Source: Felis catus
Lineage: Eukaryota
Length of the DNA stretch: 64,000 bases
Direction: 5' to 3'
NCBI RefSeq assembly: GCF_018350175.1
Contig: NC_058368.1
Location: 90,708,001 to 90,772,000 of the forward strand
Position numbers and translations under genes: made by a program
The notes under the pieces: generated by a model
Database searches by the model: none
The model's input: only the letters and a program-made list of their open reading frames with translations
Told to the model about the DNA's origin: nothing
In this document: one piece after another, positions 24,160 to 37,274 of the stretch
Position numbering within the stretch: position 1 is the first letter of the stretch
Layout of the letters: each line of letters starts with the position of its first letter

Positions 24160-25168
24160 AGGTATACAAGTGGCAAATGAGCACATAAAAAGATGCTCAC
24201 CATCACCAGATCTCATGGGAATATGAATGAAAGCTGCAGGGAGAACCACTTCACACTCAGTAGCATGGCTAGGATAAAAATAATCAGATCACAGGTGTTG
24301 GTGAGAACATGGAGACACCGGGAACCTCACAGACTGCTGGTGGGAACGTAAAACAGGGCAGCCATGTGGAAAGATGGTCTGGCCATTCCTCACATGGTGA
24401 AACACGGAGTTGCCGTATGACCCAGCAATTCTACTCCTAGGCGTGTACCTGACAAAAATAAAAACATATGTTCACACAAAAAGTAGCACACGAGTATTCA
24501 TATCAGCATTATCCACGATAGCCCCAAAGTGGAAACAAAGCCCAAATTCAACTACGGATGCATAGAACTGTGGCATATTCATACAATAGAACATCACTAG
24601 GCAATAAAAAGGAATACACAAGAAAGCATGGACAAGCCTCGAAAACATGTTAAGTAACATAAGTCAGTCATAAATGACCTGCTATATGATTCTATTTATG
24701 TGATATGTACGGAAGAGGCAAATTTGTAGAGACAGAAAGTAGATTAGCGATCGCCTAGGACTGGAAGGGGTAAGGGTGTGGAGGCTAATGGATATGGGTT
24801 TTTTTTTTCCTGGGGGAGGGGAGGAAGGTAATGAGAATGTTCTTTTTTTTTTTAATGTTTTATTTATTTTTGAGAGGCAGAGCATGAATGGGGGAGGAAC
24901 AGAGAGAGAGGGAGACAGAGGATCCGAAGAGGGCTCTCCACTGACAGCCACAAGCCCATTTCGGGGCTCGAACTCACAAACTGCAAGATTGTGACCTGAG
25001 CCAAAATCGGTTGCTCAACCGACTGAGCCACCCAGGAGCCCCGAGAATATTCTAAAATTGTGTTGATGACTGCACAGCATTATGAATATACTAAAAAAAA
25101 ACTATTGCACTGTTACTGAATTTTATGGTATGTGAAATACATCTCAATAAATCTGTTATTTAAAAAAC
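24160..25168 (+). mobile_element. L1MB-like 3' end with SINE at 24842-25042(-)
   Basis: tatgacccagcaattctactcctagg...tagagacagaaagtagattag...catctcaataaatctgttatttaaaaaa. Confidence 0.9.
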
Positions 25169-25169
25169 A

Positions 25170-25520
25170 GAATTCCTCAGGCAGTGGGAAGGGCATGCTG
25201 GGCTGGGGAAGAGCATTGCAGAGGTCTGTGTTTGGGAACATGGAACTTTTGGTGTGACGGTGGCAGCCGGCTGTGCATGGAGGGGCAGGAGTGGGCTCAG
25301 GATGGAGCACTCAGGCTGTAGTGCCTGGATTTTCTTTGAAGGCCACACGGTGGGCCAGGGAGAAACAGGAATAGGGGAGCAGCAAGCAGGTGAAAGATTG
25401 CTCCAGAATGGAGAGCAAGTGGCTGAAGCGGGGGCTGAACTGGGGCAGTGAGTACCAGGCACCAGGAGGAGAAAATAGATTTGAGATCCAGGGACAGTGT
25501 CTAATCACTGTTGGGGGTGG
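25170..25520 (-). mobile_element. L2 fragment (highly diverged)
   Basis: gggaagggcatgctgggctggggaagagcattgcagaggtc...gaaaatagatttgaga. Confidence 0.45.
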
Positions 25521-25964
25521 GAGAGGGGCCAAGGAGAGACCCCTGGGGAACCTTGGGGAGAGAGGGAGGTCCTACAACGAGAATGGCCTCTGTCCTCCTG
25601 CCTCTACTGTTGTTAATGACCTGATCACTGAATCTAGCCAATAAGGCCTGAGTGTCCACCATGGCCTGGCCTCATCCAGGGACAAGGATGGACTCCCAGC
25701 CGCAGCCCTGTCTTGAAGAGCACAGGGGATGGAGTGGTGAGCTCCAAGGAGGTGGGAGGGATGGGGGTAGGTTTCCTGGACAGGGAGTCTGGTGCGAATC
25801 TTTTGATAGATTTCTTACTGACTGTGTTTTTATTGGAAAAGATGGCGGAGAAACCAAAACAGAATCTGAAAACAAACCAACAAATGAAAAGCCCCTGAGA
25901 GTTCCCCACTAACTTCAGGGACTGCTTTTCCTTTGGGAGCTGAGGCTTGGATCACCATCAGGCT

Positions 25965-26090
25965 TAAGTAGCCTTGACACCTTGGTGTCTCCAGCTGCAA
26001 AGTGCACCTACCTCAGAGCCTCAGGGAACATGAATCATGACAATGTAGGCAGGTCATTTGGCACCAGGGTTGGACACAGAGTGAGGGTTG
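25965..26090 (+). mobile_element. MIR fragment
   Basis: acctacctcagagc...atgacaatgtaggcaggtcatttggcaccagggttggacacagagt. Confidence 0.55.
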
Positions 26091-26257
26091 AATGAAGGCC
26101 AGCCAGAGGTCCCATTCTGGCCCCATCACATGTGGCTACTTCTTACGCATTTGGAAGGATGAACTAAGTCCCATTCTGAGTTCCTCCTTCCACATAGTGT
26201 CCTATGTGTTTTTTCATATTGCTACTGTGTGTGTGTATGTGAATATCTGGAGGAGGC

Positions 26258-26283
26258 TTTTTTTTTTTAATTTTAGAGAGAGT

Positions 26284-26318
<35 letters not shown>

Positions 26319-27479
26319 CGCACTAGCGGGGAGAGGCAGAGGGAAAGAATCCCAAGCAGGCTCCAGGCTCAATGAGGAGCCCAGTGTGGGGCTTGATCTC
26401 ACAACTCTGGGATCATGACCTGAGCTGAAATCAAGAGTTGGAGGCTCAACTGACTGAGCCACCCAAGCTCCCGAGGCTGCTTCTTTTTTTTTTTTCCCAA
26501 GTGAAGACGCACAAAAGGGATTATTTGCTTAAGCTTTTATTTGTGTATTTCAATTTAATTAATTAATTAATCCTAATTTTTGTCTCCTTTTCATTGGAAA
26601 AAAAGAGGTGTACTCCAGGCTTTTACTGCTAAGGTGCCTGCTGTTCTTTATATCTCCTGTAAGTTTTGCTTTATGAAAGTTGGTGCTATGGCATTTGTTA
26701 TGTGGGCATTAATATTCATGTTGGGAATTATACCACTTACTGTAACAAAGGCCCATTTGTTATATTTTAAAAAAATGTTTATTTATTTCTTTAGAGAGAG
26801 AGAGAGAGAGAGCGTGAGCAGGGAAGGGGCAGAGAGAGGGAGAGAAAGAATCCCAAACAGGCTCCACCCTCAGTGCAGAGCTCCTGACCGCGGGATCAGG
26901 ACCTGAGCCGATATCAAGAGTCAGATGCTTAGCCAACTGAGCCACCCAGGTGCCCCTAGTTATATTATTTAATGCTATTTACCCTGAGTATAGCTTTCTC
27001 TGTGTACTTTTGGCTGCATTTCTTGGATATAAGTTGTTCATACTTGGAAGTTTCTATCTCTCTGAGTTTCTCTGGTTTAGTTACATCTTTTGTGTGATGT
27101 TGCCTTTTTGGAACAGCTTTCATTGCCTTAATCCACATATTAGCTCATGTGCCAGATATATTTTGCCTTTGTTCTGTCATATAACTTAGGTTTTTTTGGG
27201 TTTTACAAAATCTCGCTGTATGATCTGTTTTCTTCACTTTGTGTTTTGAATGTGTATTTCTTCTGGTAATGAGAAACATTTTTAAAAATTCTTTTATTCG
27301 GACGTAATTGACAGGTAACATCGTGGTAGTTTTAGGCGTACAACATAATGATTTGGTATACGTGCTTAGTCTTTGTATCATTTTAAGGTCATCCAGTTCT
27401 GTTGTGATATGTCATTATTAGCATTAGTAGGGGTATTTTTAAAGATTTTTTTAAACATTAAAAAATGTTTTATTTATTT

Positions 27480-27514
<35 letters not shown>

Positions 27515-27896
27515 AGGGGAGGGGCAGAGAGAGGAGGACAGATGATCTGTAGCAGGCTCTGTGTTGACAGGCTGACAGCAGTGAGCCTGACGTGGGGCTC
27601 GAACCCATGAACCGTGAGATCATGACCTGAATCGAAGTCGGACACTCAACCGACTGAGCCACCTAGGCACCCCATAAAGATTTTTTTTAAGTTTATTTGT
27701 TTATTTTAGAGGGAAAGAGAGAGAGAGAGAGAGCAAGTGGGAGAGGGGCAGAGAGAGGGAGAGAGAGAATCCCAAGCAGGGCGTGTGCTGTCAGAGCAGA
27801 GCCTGATTCGGGGCTTGAACTCACAAACAGTGAGATCATGACCTGAGCCAAAACCAAGAGTCAGATGCTTAACCCACGAGCTACCTAGGCACCCCA
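26258..27896 (-). mobile_element. four Can-SINEs (26258-26472, 26765-26956, 27450-27673, 27680-27896) in T-rich decayed L1 sequence
   Basis: Bodies and heads recognisable; L1MA-like 3' tip at ~27290-27365. Confidence 0.9.
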
Positions 27897-29418
27897 AACT
27901 TAGTATTTTTAGTAATGTGTGATAAGCTGAGGCCGTCTCTAATTTTGCAAAGATGTGATAAGCATCTCTGTGTTCAATCGCTGTTGCATTCAGGACTCTG
28001 AGGTTGCCAGTGACGGAGATGAGGAGCTGAGGGAAATGGGGAGTGTACTGGTCCCTCGGCCCTGGGGAGGGTCATGCCCAGGAGGCCTGGGTGTGGGAGT
28101 GGCCCTGGCTCATTGCACTCTTGCTGGTATCTGGGGATGCCACTTAACTTACCTTCTCTTTGCTAACTCAGTGGGTATTAAATAGAACTTCAAAGTTGCT
28201 TTAATTTTAGCAGCAAGGGGTGAGGATGTCTCTGGGTTTGTTGGATGCGGCTATTTCCCCTGTGGCGACCGGCTGCATTTATTCCTTAGCTCACTGCCCA
28301 TGGGGCGGGAATTGGGAAGTGGGGTCTGGCCTTCCATTTCTCGAGAACATGAAGAGCCCGTCTCCGACTGTGCAGCAAAGGCCAGTCTGTTCTGCTGCTG
28401 CCGTGGGGCCAGCTCTGTTTCAGCAGGCTGCCCGAAAGGGGCCGAGGAAGTGCTAAGTGAAAATCCATCACAACTTCTGGAGCCAACTCAAAGAACACGC
28501 TAGGCTGCCGGAACATCAGCACGACTTGGCCAAACTCAGCGGTCTGGAGGAGGGTTCCTTGTAAGCACATGCAGTCTTTGCTAAGGAAGGTCTTAGAAGG
28601 ATAGCTAATCAAAAGCCTAAGAACTCTCTGAAAAGTATTTGCGTAGGAAGACAGAAGGAGAAGGGAATTTGGGCTTTGTCTGAAACCAGCGTCCTCTGTG
28701 TCTCTCTTTTGTGGGGTGTCCTTGCAGCCCTGTGTCCCTCATTGTTTATTTCATTCTTTTGGAAAGAGCTGTGAGCAAAACACGGCAAGTGGCGTTGGGT
28801 GGAGACTGGAATATAATCAGGGGGTTTTACTGTGTTTGATGTAGGTAGTGTCTTGTACAATATCAGATATGTCTTATCCATCAATTTATTTGAACAAAAG
28901 CCTTTGGATTTTAGGCATTCCTGAGTGTGCTCCCGTTTTGTGAAATCTTTGCAAGTGGAAGATGGCTTATAAGATGAAAGGAAAATTTTAGCTGATTAGT
29001 AATATTCTTTCCTTCTTAGAATGCTGGGTTTTGTCTCTGAGAATCCTTCTAAGTGTAACTGTGCAGGCACAGGCCCTGGATCTCCTGTATGTTCAGGATC
29101 CCTTTGCAAGAAGCATCAAAGAGGTTTGGTGAGAAAACTAAATTCTCACCTCAACATGAAATTGCTCTGCTCTTACTTGCTTTCTTATTTTCCAGAAATT
29201 CCCCAAACTATATCCCCCAAACAAAATCCGAAGCATCATTCTCCTCTTCCCTGTACCGTTGTGTGTGTGTGTGGGGGGTGGAATTATCCATTTGAAAATG
29301 CTGTTTTGTCTTGCCATTTCTTAGCTATGTGGGGATGAGGAGGTATGATAGGAATATGGTTCGCCATCTTGATTTGGACATTTCTGTTTGAATGATTTAG
29401 CTTTAAATATTTGATCCA

Positions 29419-29860
29419 GGGTACATGGGTGGCTCAGGTGGTTAAGTGACTGCTCTTTTTTTTTAAATTTTTTAACATTTATTTATTTATGAGAGACAGA
29501 GAACAAGAGTGATGGAGGAGCAGAGAGAGAGAGAGAGAGGGAGACATAGAATCCAAAGCAGGCTCCAGGTTCTGAGTTATCAGCACAGAGCCCAATGCAG
29601 GGCTCAAACTCACAAACTGTGAGATCATGACCTGAGCCGAAGTCGGATGCTCAACCAACTGAGCCACCCAGGTGTCCCAGGTGACTGCTCTTGATTTTGG
29701 CTCAGGTCATGATTCATGGTTTGTGGGTTTGAACTCCATGCCAGGCTCTGCGCTGATGGTGTGGAGCTTGCTGGGGATTCTCTCTCTCTCCCTCTCTCTC
29801 TGCTCCTCCTCCACTTGCTCTCTCTCTCTTTCTCTCTCTCAAATAAAAAAATAAATAAAA
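29419..29860. mobile_element. plus-strand Can-SINE interrupted by a minus-strand Can-SINE (29458-29678)
   Basis: Inner TSD gtgactgctctt; outer TSD aaatatttgatcca. Confidence 0.95.
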
Positions 29861-30229
29861 AATATTTGATCCATCAAGACCTTATTTTAGTGAAAGGAGT
29901 GCAGCACTTCTAGGCATTAATTTTTGTTTGAATTACTTTTAACTGATCAACTTTCCATTTGTCTCAGTGCCTTTTATGGAATGATCTACGTTTGCCAACT
30001 CATGTGATGGTTCCCCTTTCTCATGTATTATATCCTGGTTGTATTTCAGATTATTTCTGAATGTTCTTGTCTGCCTTGATCCCTCCCTCTTGGTTGCGGT
30101 GCCACACAGGTTCATCACGTCTGGAAGAGAGTGCCACTCCTTTGTTTCTTCTGCTTTTAGAAATATCCTGGATACAACTTAATTTTCATTCTGATAGATT
30201 GACTTTGCCCCCCAGCTTTTATGTTATTT

Positions 30230-30414
30230 TACTTTTAAAATTGAAGTATGGTTGATACTATGTGGTGTTACATTACTTTCAGGTGTATAAGAGAGTGATT
30301 TGACAAGTGTATATGTTATGCTATGTTCACCACAAGTGTGTCACCAGATTGGGGTCCTTGGACCTAGTAACTGTAGAAATGAGTCCCAAGCCCCTAAATT
30401 TAGATTTTTTTTTT

Positions 30415-30465
<51 letters not shown>

Positions 30466-31325
30466 CTCAAGCAGGCTCCATGCTCAGTGCAGAGCCCAAT
30501 GCGGGCTCAATCTCACAACTCTTAGACCTTGACCCAAGCTAAAATCTAGAGTCAGTCATTCAATTGACTGAGCCGCCCAGACACCCTTGGACCCCAAATT
30601 TAGAAGCACAGGCAGGACTTTATTGGAGTAACAGGTGCAGTTGAAGGGAGACAGAGCCACAACAAAGGTGTCAGACTGGCTCCTCAGCAATGGCCGGGAA
30701 CATCTTAAAGGGGCCGAGGGGAGAAAGGAATGACCTATAAGCATGTGGGGGTGGGGAAGCCCAGGAAGTTGGGATACAGGTACAGGTGACAGAACATGCT
30801 TCTCCATACATCGTGTTTCGCTGGCATATTACATCTCCACCCCTCGGCGTGATTTTTAGTATTACAATGAGGGGTGAAATTTAAGCAGTGGGGTCCATCT
30901 TGGCACAGACTGGTTTGGCCCAGTCTTTGCCCAGAGTCTGTAGTAAGTATCCTTCTCTCAGTAAACTCCCTCCCTCTGCATTCCCACGAGATGTGCTACT
31001 CAAAAGGTATAGAGCTTTAGCTGTTGTTGTTGTTGTTGTTGTTAATGGAGGTAGCCAAAGAAGGCTGGATTTTGTGGTCAGGGTTAAGGGGACCTGAGTT
31101 CAGTCCCTGTTCTGTCTCAAAAGTGTAGCTATCATCTGTCACCATAAAACGCTATTCCATTACATTGACTCTATTTCCTGTGCTGTACCTTTCGTTCCTG
31201 TGACTTATTGATTCCATAACTGGAAACCTGTACCTCCCACACTCTTTTACCCATTTTCCCAACCCCCACCCCTTCTCCTCTGACAACTGCAAGTTTTTTC
31301 TCTGCATTTGTGAGTCTGTTTCTGT
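30230..31325 (-). mobile_element. L1MA9-like 3' end split by an LTR insertion
   Basis: ttcaggtgtataagagagtgatttgacaag...caccacaagtg | aagtgtagctatcatctgtcacc...ataactggaaacctgtacctc. Confidence 0.8.
30339..31119 (-). mobile_element. ERV1-like solo LTR containing a SINE (30405-30587 -)
   Basis: TG...CA termini, imperfect (c/a)aagtg flanking duplication, minus-strand AATAAA near 30620; cleanly interrupts the L1. Confidence 0.7.
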
Positions 31326-31399
31326 AGAATGACTTTCAAATATCTTCCCTTCCAAAAACAGTGTGAAGAAAAAATAAAATACTGTCCTTTTAAAAAAAG

Positions 31400-31827
31400 T
31401 TTATGTATTTATTAATTTTTTCCCATTTTATTTATTTTAGAGAAAGAGAAAGTGCAAGCTGGGGAGAGGGACAAAGGGAGAGAGAGAACCCCAAGCAGGC
31501 TTCACACTGAGCTCAGAGCCTGACAAGGGGCTTGATTCCATGACCCTGGGATCATTGATCTGAGCTGATATCAAGAGTCAGACACTTAACTGACTGAGCC
31601 ACCCAGGCACCCAGTTTATTTATTAGAGACAGAAAGAGAGAGAGGGAGAGAAAGAGATATCATGAGTGGGGGAGGGGCAGAGAGGGAGGAAGACAGAGAA
31701 TCTGAAGCAGGCTCCAGGCTCTGAGCTGTCAGTGCAGAGCCTGATGCAGGGCTTGAACTCATGAGCTGTGAGATCATGACCTGAGCTGAAGTTGGACACT
31801 TAACCAACTGAGCCACCTAGGCACCCC
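31400..31827 (-). mobile_element. two tandem Can-SINEs
   Basis: Heads end at ~31612 and ~31827. Confidence 0.95.
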
Positions 31828-31962
31828 AGACAAAATACGATCCCAATCAAACAAGCAAACAAACAAGCAGAGCAAACCAAATCAAACCTCAAGCCTAACC
31901 AAGTCCTGTTAGGATTTTGATTAGGATTGAATTAAGCTTCTAGTTAATATGGAGGAGGATTG

Positions 31963-32402
31963 ATATCTGCGTTAGTTTCCTAGGACTTTGGTAACAACTT
32001 ACCACAAACTTTGTGGTTTGGAACAACAGAAATGTGTTCTCTTGCAGTGCTAGAGGCCAGAAGCCCAAAATTAAGATGTCAGCAGGCAGTGTCCTTTCTG
32101 AAGTCTCTAGAGGAAAATCTGTTCCATGCCTTTCTCTTAGCTTTTGGTAGTTGCTGGCAATTCTTGGCATTTCTTGATATGTAGATACATTACTCCAATT
32201 TCTGCCTCCACTGCCACATGGTGTTCTTTCTATGTACCTCTCTATGTCTCTTCCCTGCTTCTTATGAGGACATCAGTTGTTTTGGATTAAGGACCCACCC
32301 TACTCCAGTATGACCTCATCTTAACTAATTACATCTGCAAAGACCCTATTTCCAAATAAAATCACATTCTGAGGTTTTGGAAGGACATGAATTTTTGGGG
32401 GA
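31963..32402 (-). mobile_element. MLT1 (MLT1C-like) LTR
   Basis: gttagtttcctagg...aacaacttaccacaaac...ctccagtatgacctcatcttaactaattacatctgcaaagaccctatttccaaataa. Confidence 0.9.
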
Positions 32403-32479
32403 CCTAGTAGAACATCTTTACAATTTGTGTCAATATTGTATTCCAGAACAAGATATGTCTTATTATTCAAGTTTTCTTC

Positions 32480-32706
32480 TTTTTTTATTTAAAAAAAATA
32501 TTTATTTATTTTTGAGAAAGAGAGACAGAGACAGACAGAGCGTGAGTTGGGGAGGGGCAGAGAGAGAGGGAGACACAGAATCCCAAGCAGGCTCTAGGCT
32601 CCAAGCTGTTGGCACAGAGCTTGACTTGGGGCTTGAACCCATGAACCATGGGATCATGACCTGAGTTGAAGTCAGATGTTCAATCACCTGAGCCACCCAG
32701 GTGCCC
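32480..32706 (-). mobile_element. Can-SINE within decayed antisense L1 sequence
   Basis: Full body. Confidence 0.95.
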
Positions 32707-33566
32707 TTAAAGTCTTCTTTTATGTTAATGATTTATTTCATATAGTTTATTCCTAGTTAAAAAAAATTTTGCCCTTTTGGTGAATGATATAGTTTCTTTT
32801 ATGTAATCTAGCTGGTATTGCTCCTATTTTCTGTAACAAATTATAGGATCTAAGTTTTGGATATAACTTTTGGATAAAGAATTATATAACTCACTGAATG
32901 ACCTTATTGTTTTTAATGTTTTTTTTTTTCAGTCAGTTCTCTGACTGTTCCAGGTCTGTAACTGTGTCATAGACAAATATCATCGATTCTTCTTGAATAC
33001 TTAAACTTCGTATTCTGTTCTCATGTCTAATTGCATGGTCTTGCAGTTCTTGAACAATGTTACGTGATGGTGATGATGGCCACCATCCTTCCTAGTCCTG
33101 ACCTAATGACGTCTGGTTTGAGGCGGCTGGTGGAGGGTAGGATCAGAAGAATGTGTAGAAAATTGATTGCAAATGAGGCCAGATTCTGGCTAAAGGGGTT
33201 GTCATTAGCATCTTGACTTTCTCACACTACTTCTCTTCTGGATGGAGCCTGGGTTGGTGAGAGGGCAGCTCAGGTGTTTTGGGTCACTCCTCAGGTCAAC
33301 GCTCTCAGCACTGGGATCAACCAGACTGCCTGGGGACTGTTCCTACACAGGGATGGACAGCCTCTCATGCCTGCTCTGTATTTGTGGCCCCTACTTTGGT
33401 CACAGCTCATTCTTTTCCACCTGATCCATGTGGTTCAGGCTGACTCTGGTATGCCTGGTCTGGCTGGTCCCTGACATTTCCTAAGAATGACAATTGCTTC
33501 AGGGTGGGGTGGTGGGAGATGCTGTACATCTGATTCAAGTCAGGCCTAGTGAACTTCTTTTGGCAC

Positions 33567-33777
33567 TTTATTTTTTTTAAGATTTAAAAAAAATTTTATT
33601 TCTTTTTTGAGAGAGAGTGTGAGCAGGGGAGTGGGAGAGAGAGAGGGATACAGAGAATCTGAAGCAGGCTCCATGCTGTCAGTGCAAAGCCTGATGTGGG
33701 GCTCAAACCCATGAGCCATGAGATCATGGCCTGAGCTGAAGTTGGACACTCAACCGACTGAGCCATCCAGGTGCCCC
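33567..33777 (-). mobile_element. Can-SINE
   Basis: Full body. Confidence 0.95.
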
Positions 33778-33789
33778 TACGTCTGGGAC

Positions 33790-34042
33790 TTTTGAAGAGA
33801 AACTCTCTGGTAGGCTGGAGGCAGGGAGGAAGTTGGCTTGAAGCTGCTCGGGTCACATGTGAACAGCCTGACTGAGGCTCAAGTCAGCACTAAGGGCACC
33901 AAGTCGTAACAGCATCATTTGCTTATTTGGATCCAGCCCCGCCTTCAGCCAGTTACTCTTGGATTTTTCAGTTCCATGAGCCAACTAAGAGGTTTTTTGT
34001 TGGGTCCTCTTGAGTTAAGTTTGCCACTTTCAACTAGATGAC
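33790..34042 (+). mobile_element. ancient MLT1 (K/L-like) LTR 3' part
   Basis: tggatccagcc...cttggatttttcagttccatgagccaa...tttgccactttcaact. Confidence 0.55.
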
Positions 34043-34189
34043 ACTTGAAAAGATTCCAGCCTTATTAATCTCCACCCAAAGTCAAGCTTGGGGACTTGGG
34101 TAGATCTGGAACCATGCTCACCTGGCATTCATTAAAAGGGTGGTCATGGGGCATTTCATGTTTGCTCATTCAAATAATATGTATTATAT

Positions 34190-34225
34190 TTATTTTTTTA
34201 AAGTTTATTCATTTATTTTGAGAGA

Positions 34226-34258
<33 letters not shown>

Positions 34259-34280
34259 CAAGAGAGAGAGAGAGAGAGAG

Positions 34281-34318
<38 letters not shown>

Positions 34319-34474
34319 AACGAGTGGGGTAGGGGCAGAGAGAGAAAGAATCCCAAGTAAGATCCACACTGTCAGCTCAGAGCCTGATTTATGGCTGAAA
34401 CTCACAAACCATGAGACCATGACCTGAGCAGAAATCAATTGGATGCCTAAGCAATGGAGCCACTCAGGCACCCC
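34190..34474 (-). mobile_element. Can-SINE with long (GA)n
   Basis: TSD aatatgtattatattta. Confidence 0.95.
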
Positions 34475-34504
34475 AATATGTATTATATTTAATATGCAAT
34501 GCTA

Positions 34505-34945
34505 TGTAAAAGTGCTATTTAAGCCACTTGGGATACCTCAGGCATCAAACCAGACAATAACCCCAGCCCTCATTGAACTCACATTTTATTGATGGGAGGG
34601 CAGGTAATAAACACTAAATAATACAATTAAGGAATAAATTATTTAATGTGCTAGAAAGGTGAATGCTACAGAAAGGCAAAGAAGGGGCACATGGGTGGCT
34701 CAGTTGGTTGAGCGTCTGACCCTTGATTTCAGCCATGTTGGGCTCCATACTGAGCATGGAGCCTGCTTGGGATTCTCTCTCTCCCTCTGCCCCTCTCCTC
34801 TGCTCATGCGTCCTCTCTCTAAAATAAAAAAATAATAATAATTAAAAAGAAAAAGAAAAGAAGAGCAGGGTAAGGGGGGTGAGGAGGAAGGTTTTGGTAT
34901 TTAAAAGGGTGGTTGGGTTGAGCCTCATTGAGAAGATATTTTGGG
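34505..34945 (-). mobile_element. L2 3' fragment with SINE at 34684-34860(+)
   Basis: ccagacaataaccccagccctcattgaactcacatt...aaagggtggttgggttgagcctcattgagaagatatttt. Confidence 0.7.
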
Positions 34946-37077
34946 TGGAGGTAGGTGGGGGCATGGGGTCCATCACTGGGACATACCTGTTCTGGGGGGT
35001 GGAGAGGAGGTGGTACAGAGAAGCAGGGGGATTTGCTGAGGATACTTTGGAGCTGGGCTGGCAGGACTATAGGATGGGCAGGATGCCTGGGAGAAGGGCG
35101 AGAGAGGGTCTGAGAAGATCTCTAGGTCTGGACCATTTGACAGATGGAGCAGGGAATTCCTGTCCTGTGGCAAGAGCTGGGTGTGTGGAGTTGTGTCTTG
35201 GAGATGTCCAGGAAATCTGGACAGGCCCAGTCTGGGCCCTGGTGCTTTTTCCCCTGGCTCCTGGGTTGTTGGTTGTGTCTGGCCAGTGTCCATGTATATG
35301 TCTGGGTCACACAAGCTGCTGGAGTTGGGCTGGACAGTTGTGTGCTGACCTCACCCCTGTCCAGTTCCAAGTGCCCTCCAACTGTCCCCAGACAGTCTTC
35401 TGATCCTGGCTGCAGGTCAGGTTAGGCCCAGCTGATACCCTTGTGTTTGGCCTTGCATGGGGCCCTGGAGGCCTCAGTTTCCCTTTTGGGCAGCCTGGGC
35501 AGGCAAATCCAGAACACCTGGGCTGAGAGTGCCAGGACAATCCCCGGGGGTGGGGGGAGGGGGGAGGGGGGTGGCAGGCAGGGCATTTCCCCAGCCTCCC
35601 CTCTCTCCTCTCAGCCAGTACCCACAAAGTCCACCCTTCTGATCATGTTTTTTGTTCACATTTCTCTGATGGATTTATTTGCCCTCATTTGCATAAAAAA
35701 TACCACGCTCCCCATCCTAATGAGTGGGCCCATCTGGCAGCACAGGCCTCCTCTCTGCTGAGAGCATGCGGGCCAGGAGCTGTTAGAACTAGGCTGTTCT
35801 CTTCCAGGGTGGAGGAAACACTGTCCCAGTAGGCTCTTGATGCAGCCGCTGGACCAGGGTTCTCCTCAGTGGGCCAGAGCCGGCTCCCCGGGGCTGTGGG
35901 CTGTTTGCCTGCGTGCCCATCTGTGCGTGCCGTCTGGGCCACCCCACCCCTCCCAGACTGTCCTTGCCTGGACCAGGGCTTGGTCACCGCTGAAGAAGGC
36001 ATTCAGAGTAACATTTCAAATTCACGCTGGGAGCAGCACCATAGCCCCTCAGTTGAGTTTGTCCCGGGCCGGAAGGACTTGAATCCTACAATTTGGTGTC
36101 ACTGATGGCATCCTCTGGAAACACAGCTCTAGGCAGCATTTAGCTGGGCTGTGTCAGAGGTGACAGTGCAGAGAACGTGTTCTACTATCTCAACTGTCGC
36201 TCTGATGACCCCTGGGGTGTTCTTTCGTGCACATTCTGCTTCAGTCCCCAGCAGTTACTGCCAAGTGGGCTCTGTGCTGGCCTCAGAGAAGAGATGAGAA
36301 GCTCCAGGCCGTGAGGGTGGGGACCACAGGACACAGGCACTTACTGTGACGGTCTGACTGCTAGAAGAGAGTGGGGGTCAGGGGAGCCTGGCTAGAAGCG
36401 CATCTGCGTCCGATATGAGCAGGTCCTGCCTAGTCCAGCATCAAGGTGGTGCCCCCAGGTTTCCCTGCCTGTGCGGGGAGCGCCAGGTCACTTTCCTTCT
36501 GCCCCAGGCTGCCTTCAGGCTTGGCCTAACCATGGCCATCTGACACCACTCCTCCCCCTGTTCTTACCCCCAGAGTAGTTCCTGTGTGCTTAGTGAGCAC
36601 TTCTAGCCTCAAAAAGCCTCATTTCTAGTAATGGGATAAAAGTCCATGCTGCTAAAGGGGCAGTTTCCAGGAAGGGCGCCCCTCAAGCATCTTGGGAGAG
36701 TGAAAGGAAACTTGGGGGACCAAGGAGAACAGTGGCTGGAGAAGGTGACACAGGCAGCGGTGCATTTTTTTTTTTTTTTGGCTTTACTATGGGATCACTC
36801 AGGAGAAGCAGCAAGTCAAGGGAGAATTTGCTACGTTCTAAGCCGGCAGCTAGAGAGAGACTGAGGGTGGCATGAATGTGCCGAGCTGCATTAAGGCCAA
36901 GTTGCCCTGAGGCTGGAAGGGGATGGACAGTCCCTGACCCTTGGGACTAGAGTCTAGGCCTTGAGGCAGAGGATTCTGACACAGGAAAGAGCAGGAGGGG
37001 CCTGCGTGGTGACTGGTGAGAGAATTAGTGAGTTCCTCTGTCTTTGTGTTTCTTCCAATTGAATTCCAGTTGAAGGG

Positions 37078-37274
37078 CTGGGCCTTCTGAGAGGGTGCTT
37101 TTAAAAACTGATATATGGGGGGCACCTGGGTGGCTCAGTCAGTTAAGCATCTGACTCGATTTCGACTCAGGTCACGATCCCAAGGTCGTGGGATTGAGCC
37201 TTGCGTTGGGCTCCTCGATAAGTGTGGAGCCGGCTTGGGATTCTCTTCCTCTCTCCCCTTGCCCTTCCCCAACT
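37078..37274 (+). repeat. 197-bp local duplication of 39094-39290 (L2-derived flank plus tailless SINE)
   Basis: Ungapped alignment with 4 mismatches. Confidence 0.95.

Noticed and set aside
25839..25848. Perfect YY1-type aagatggcgg as a promoter or start context
   Set aside because: Isolated motif with no CpG island or credible ORF around it.
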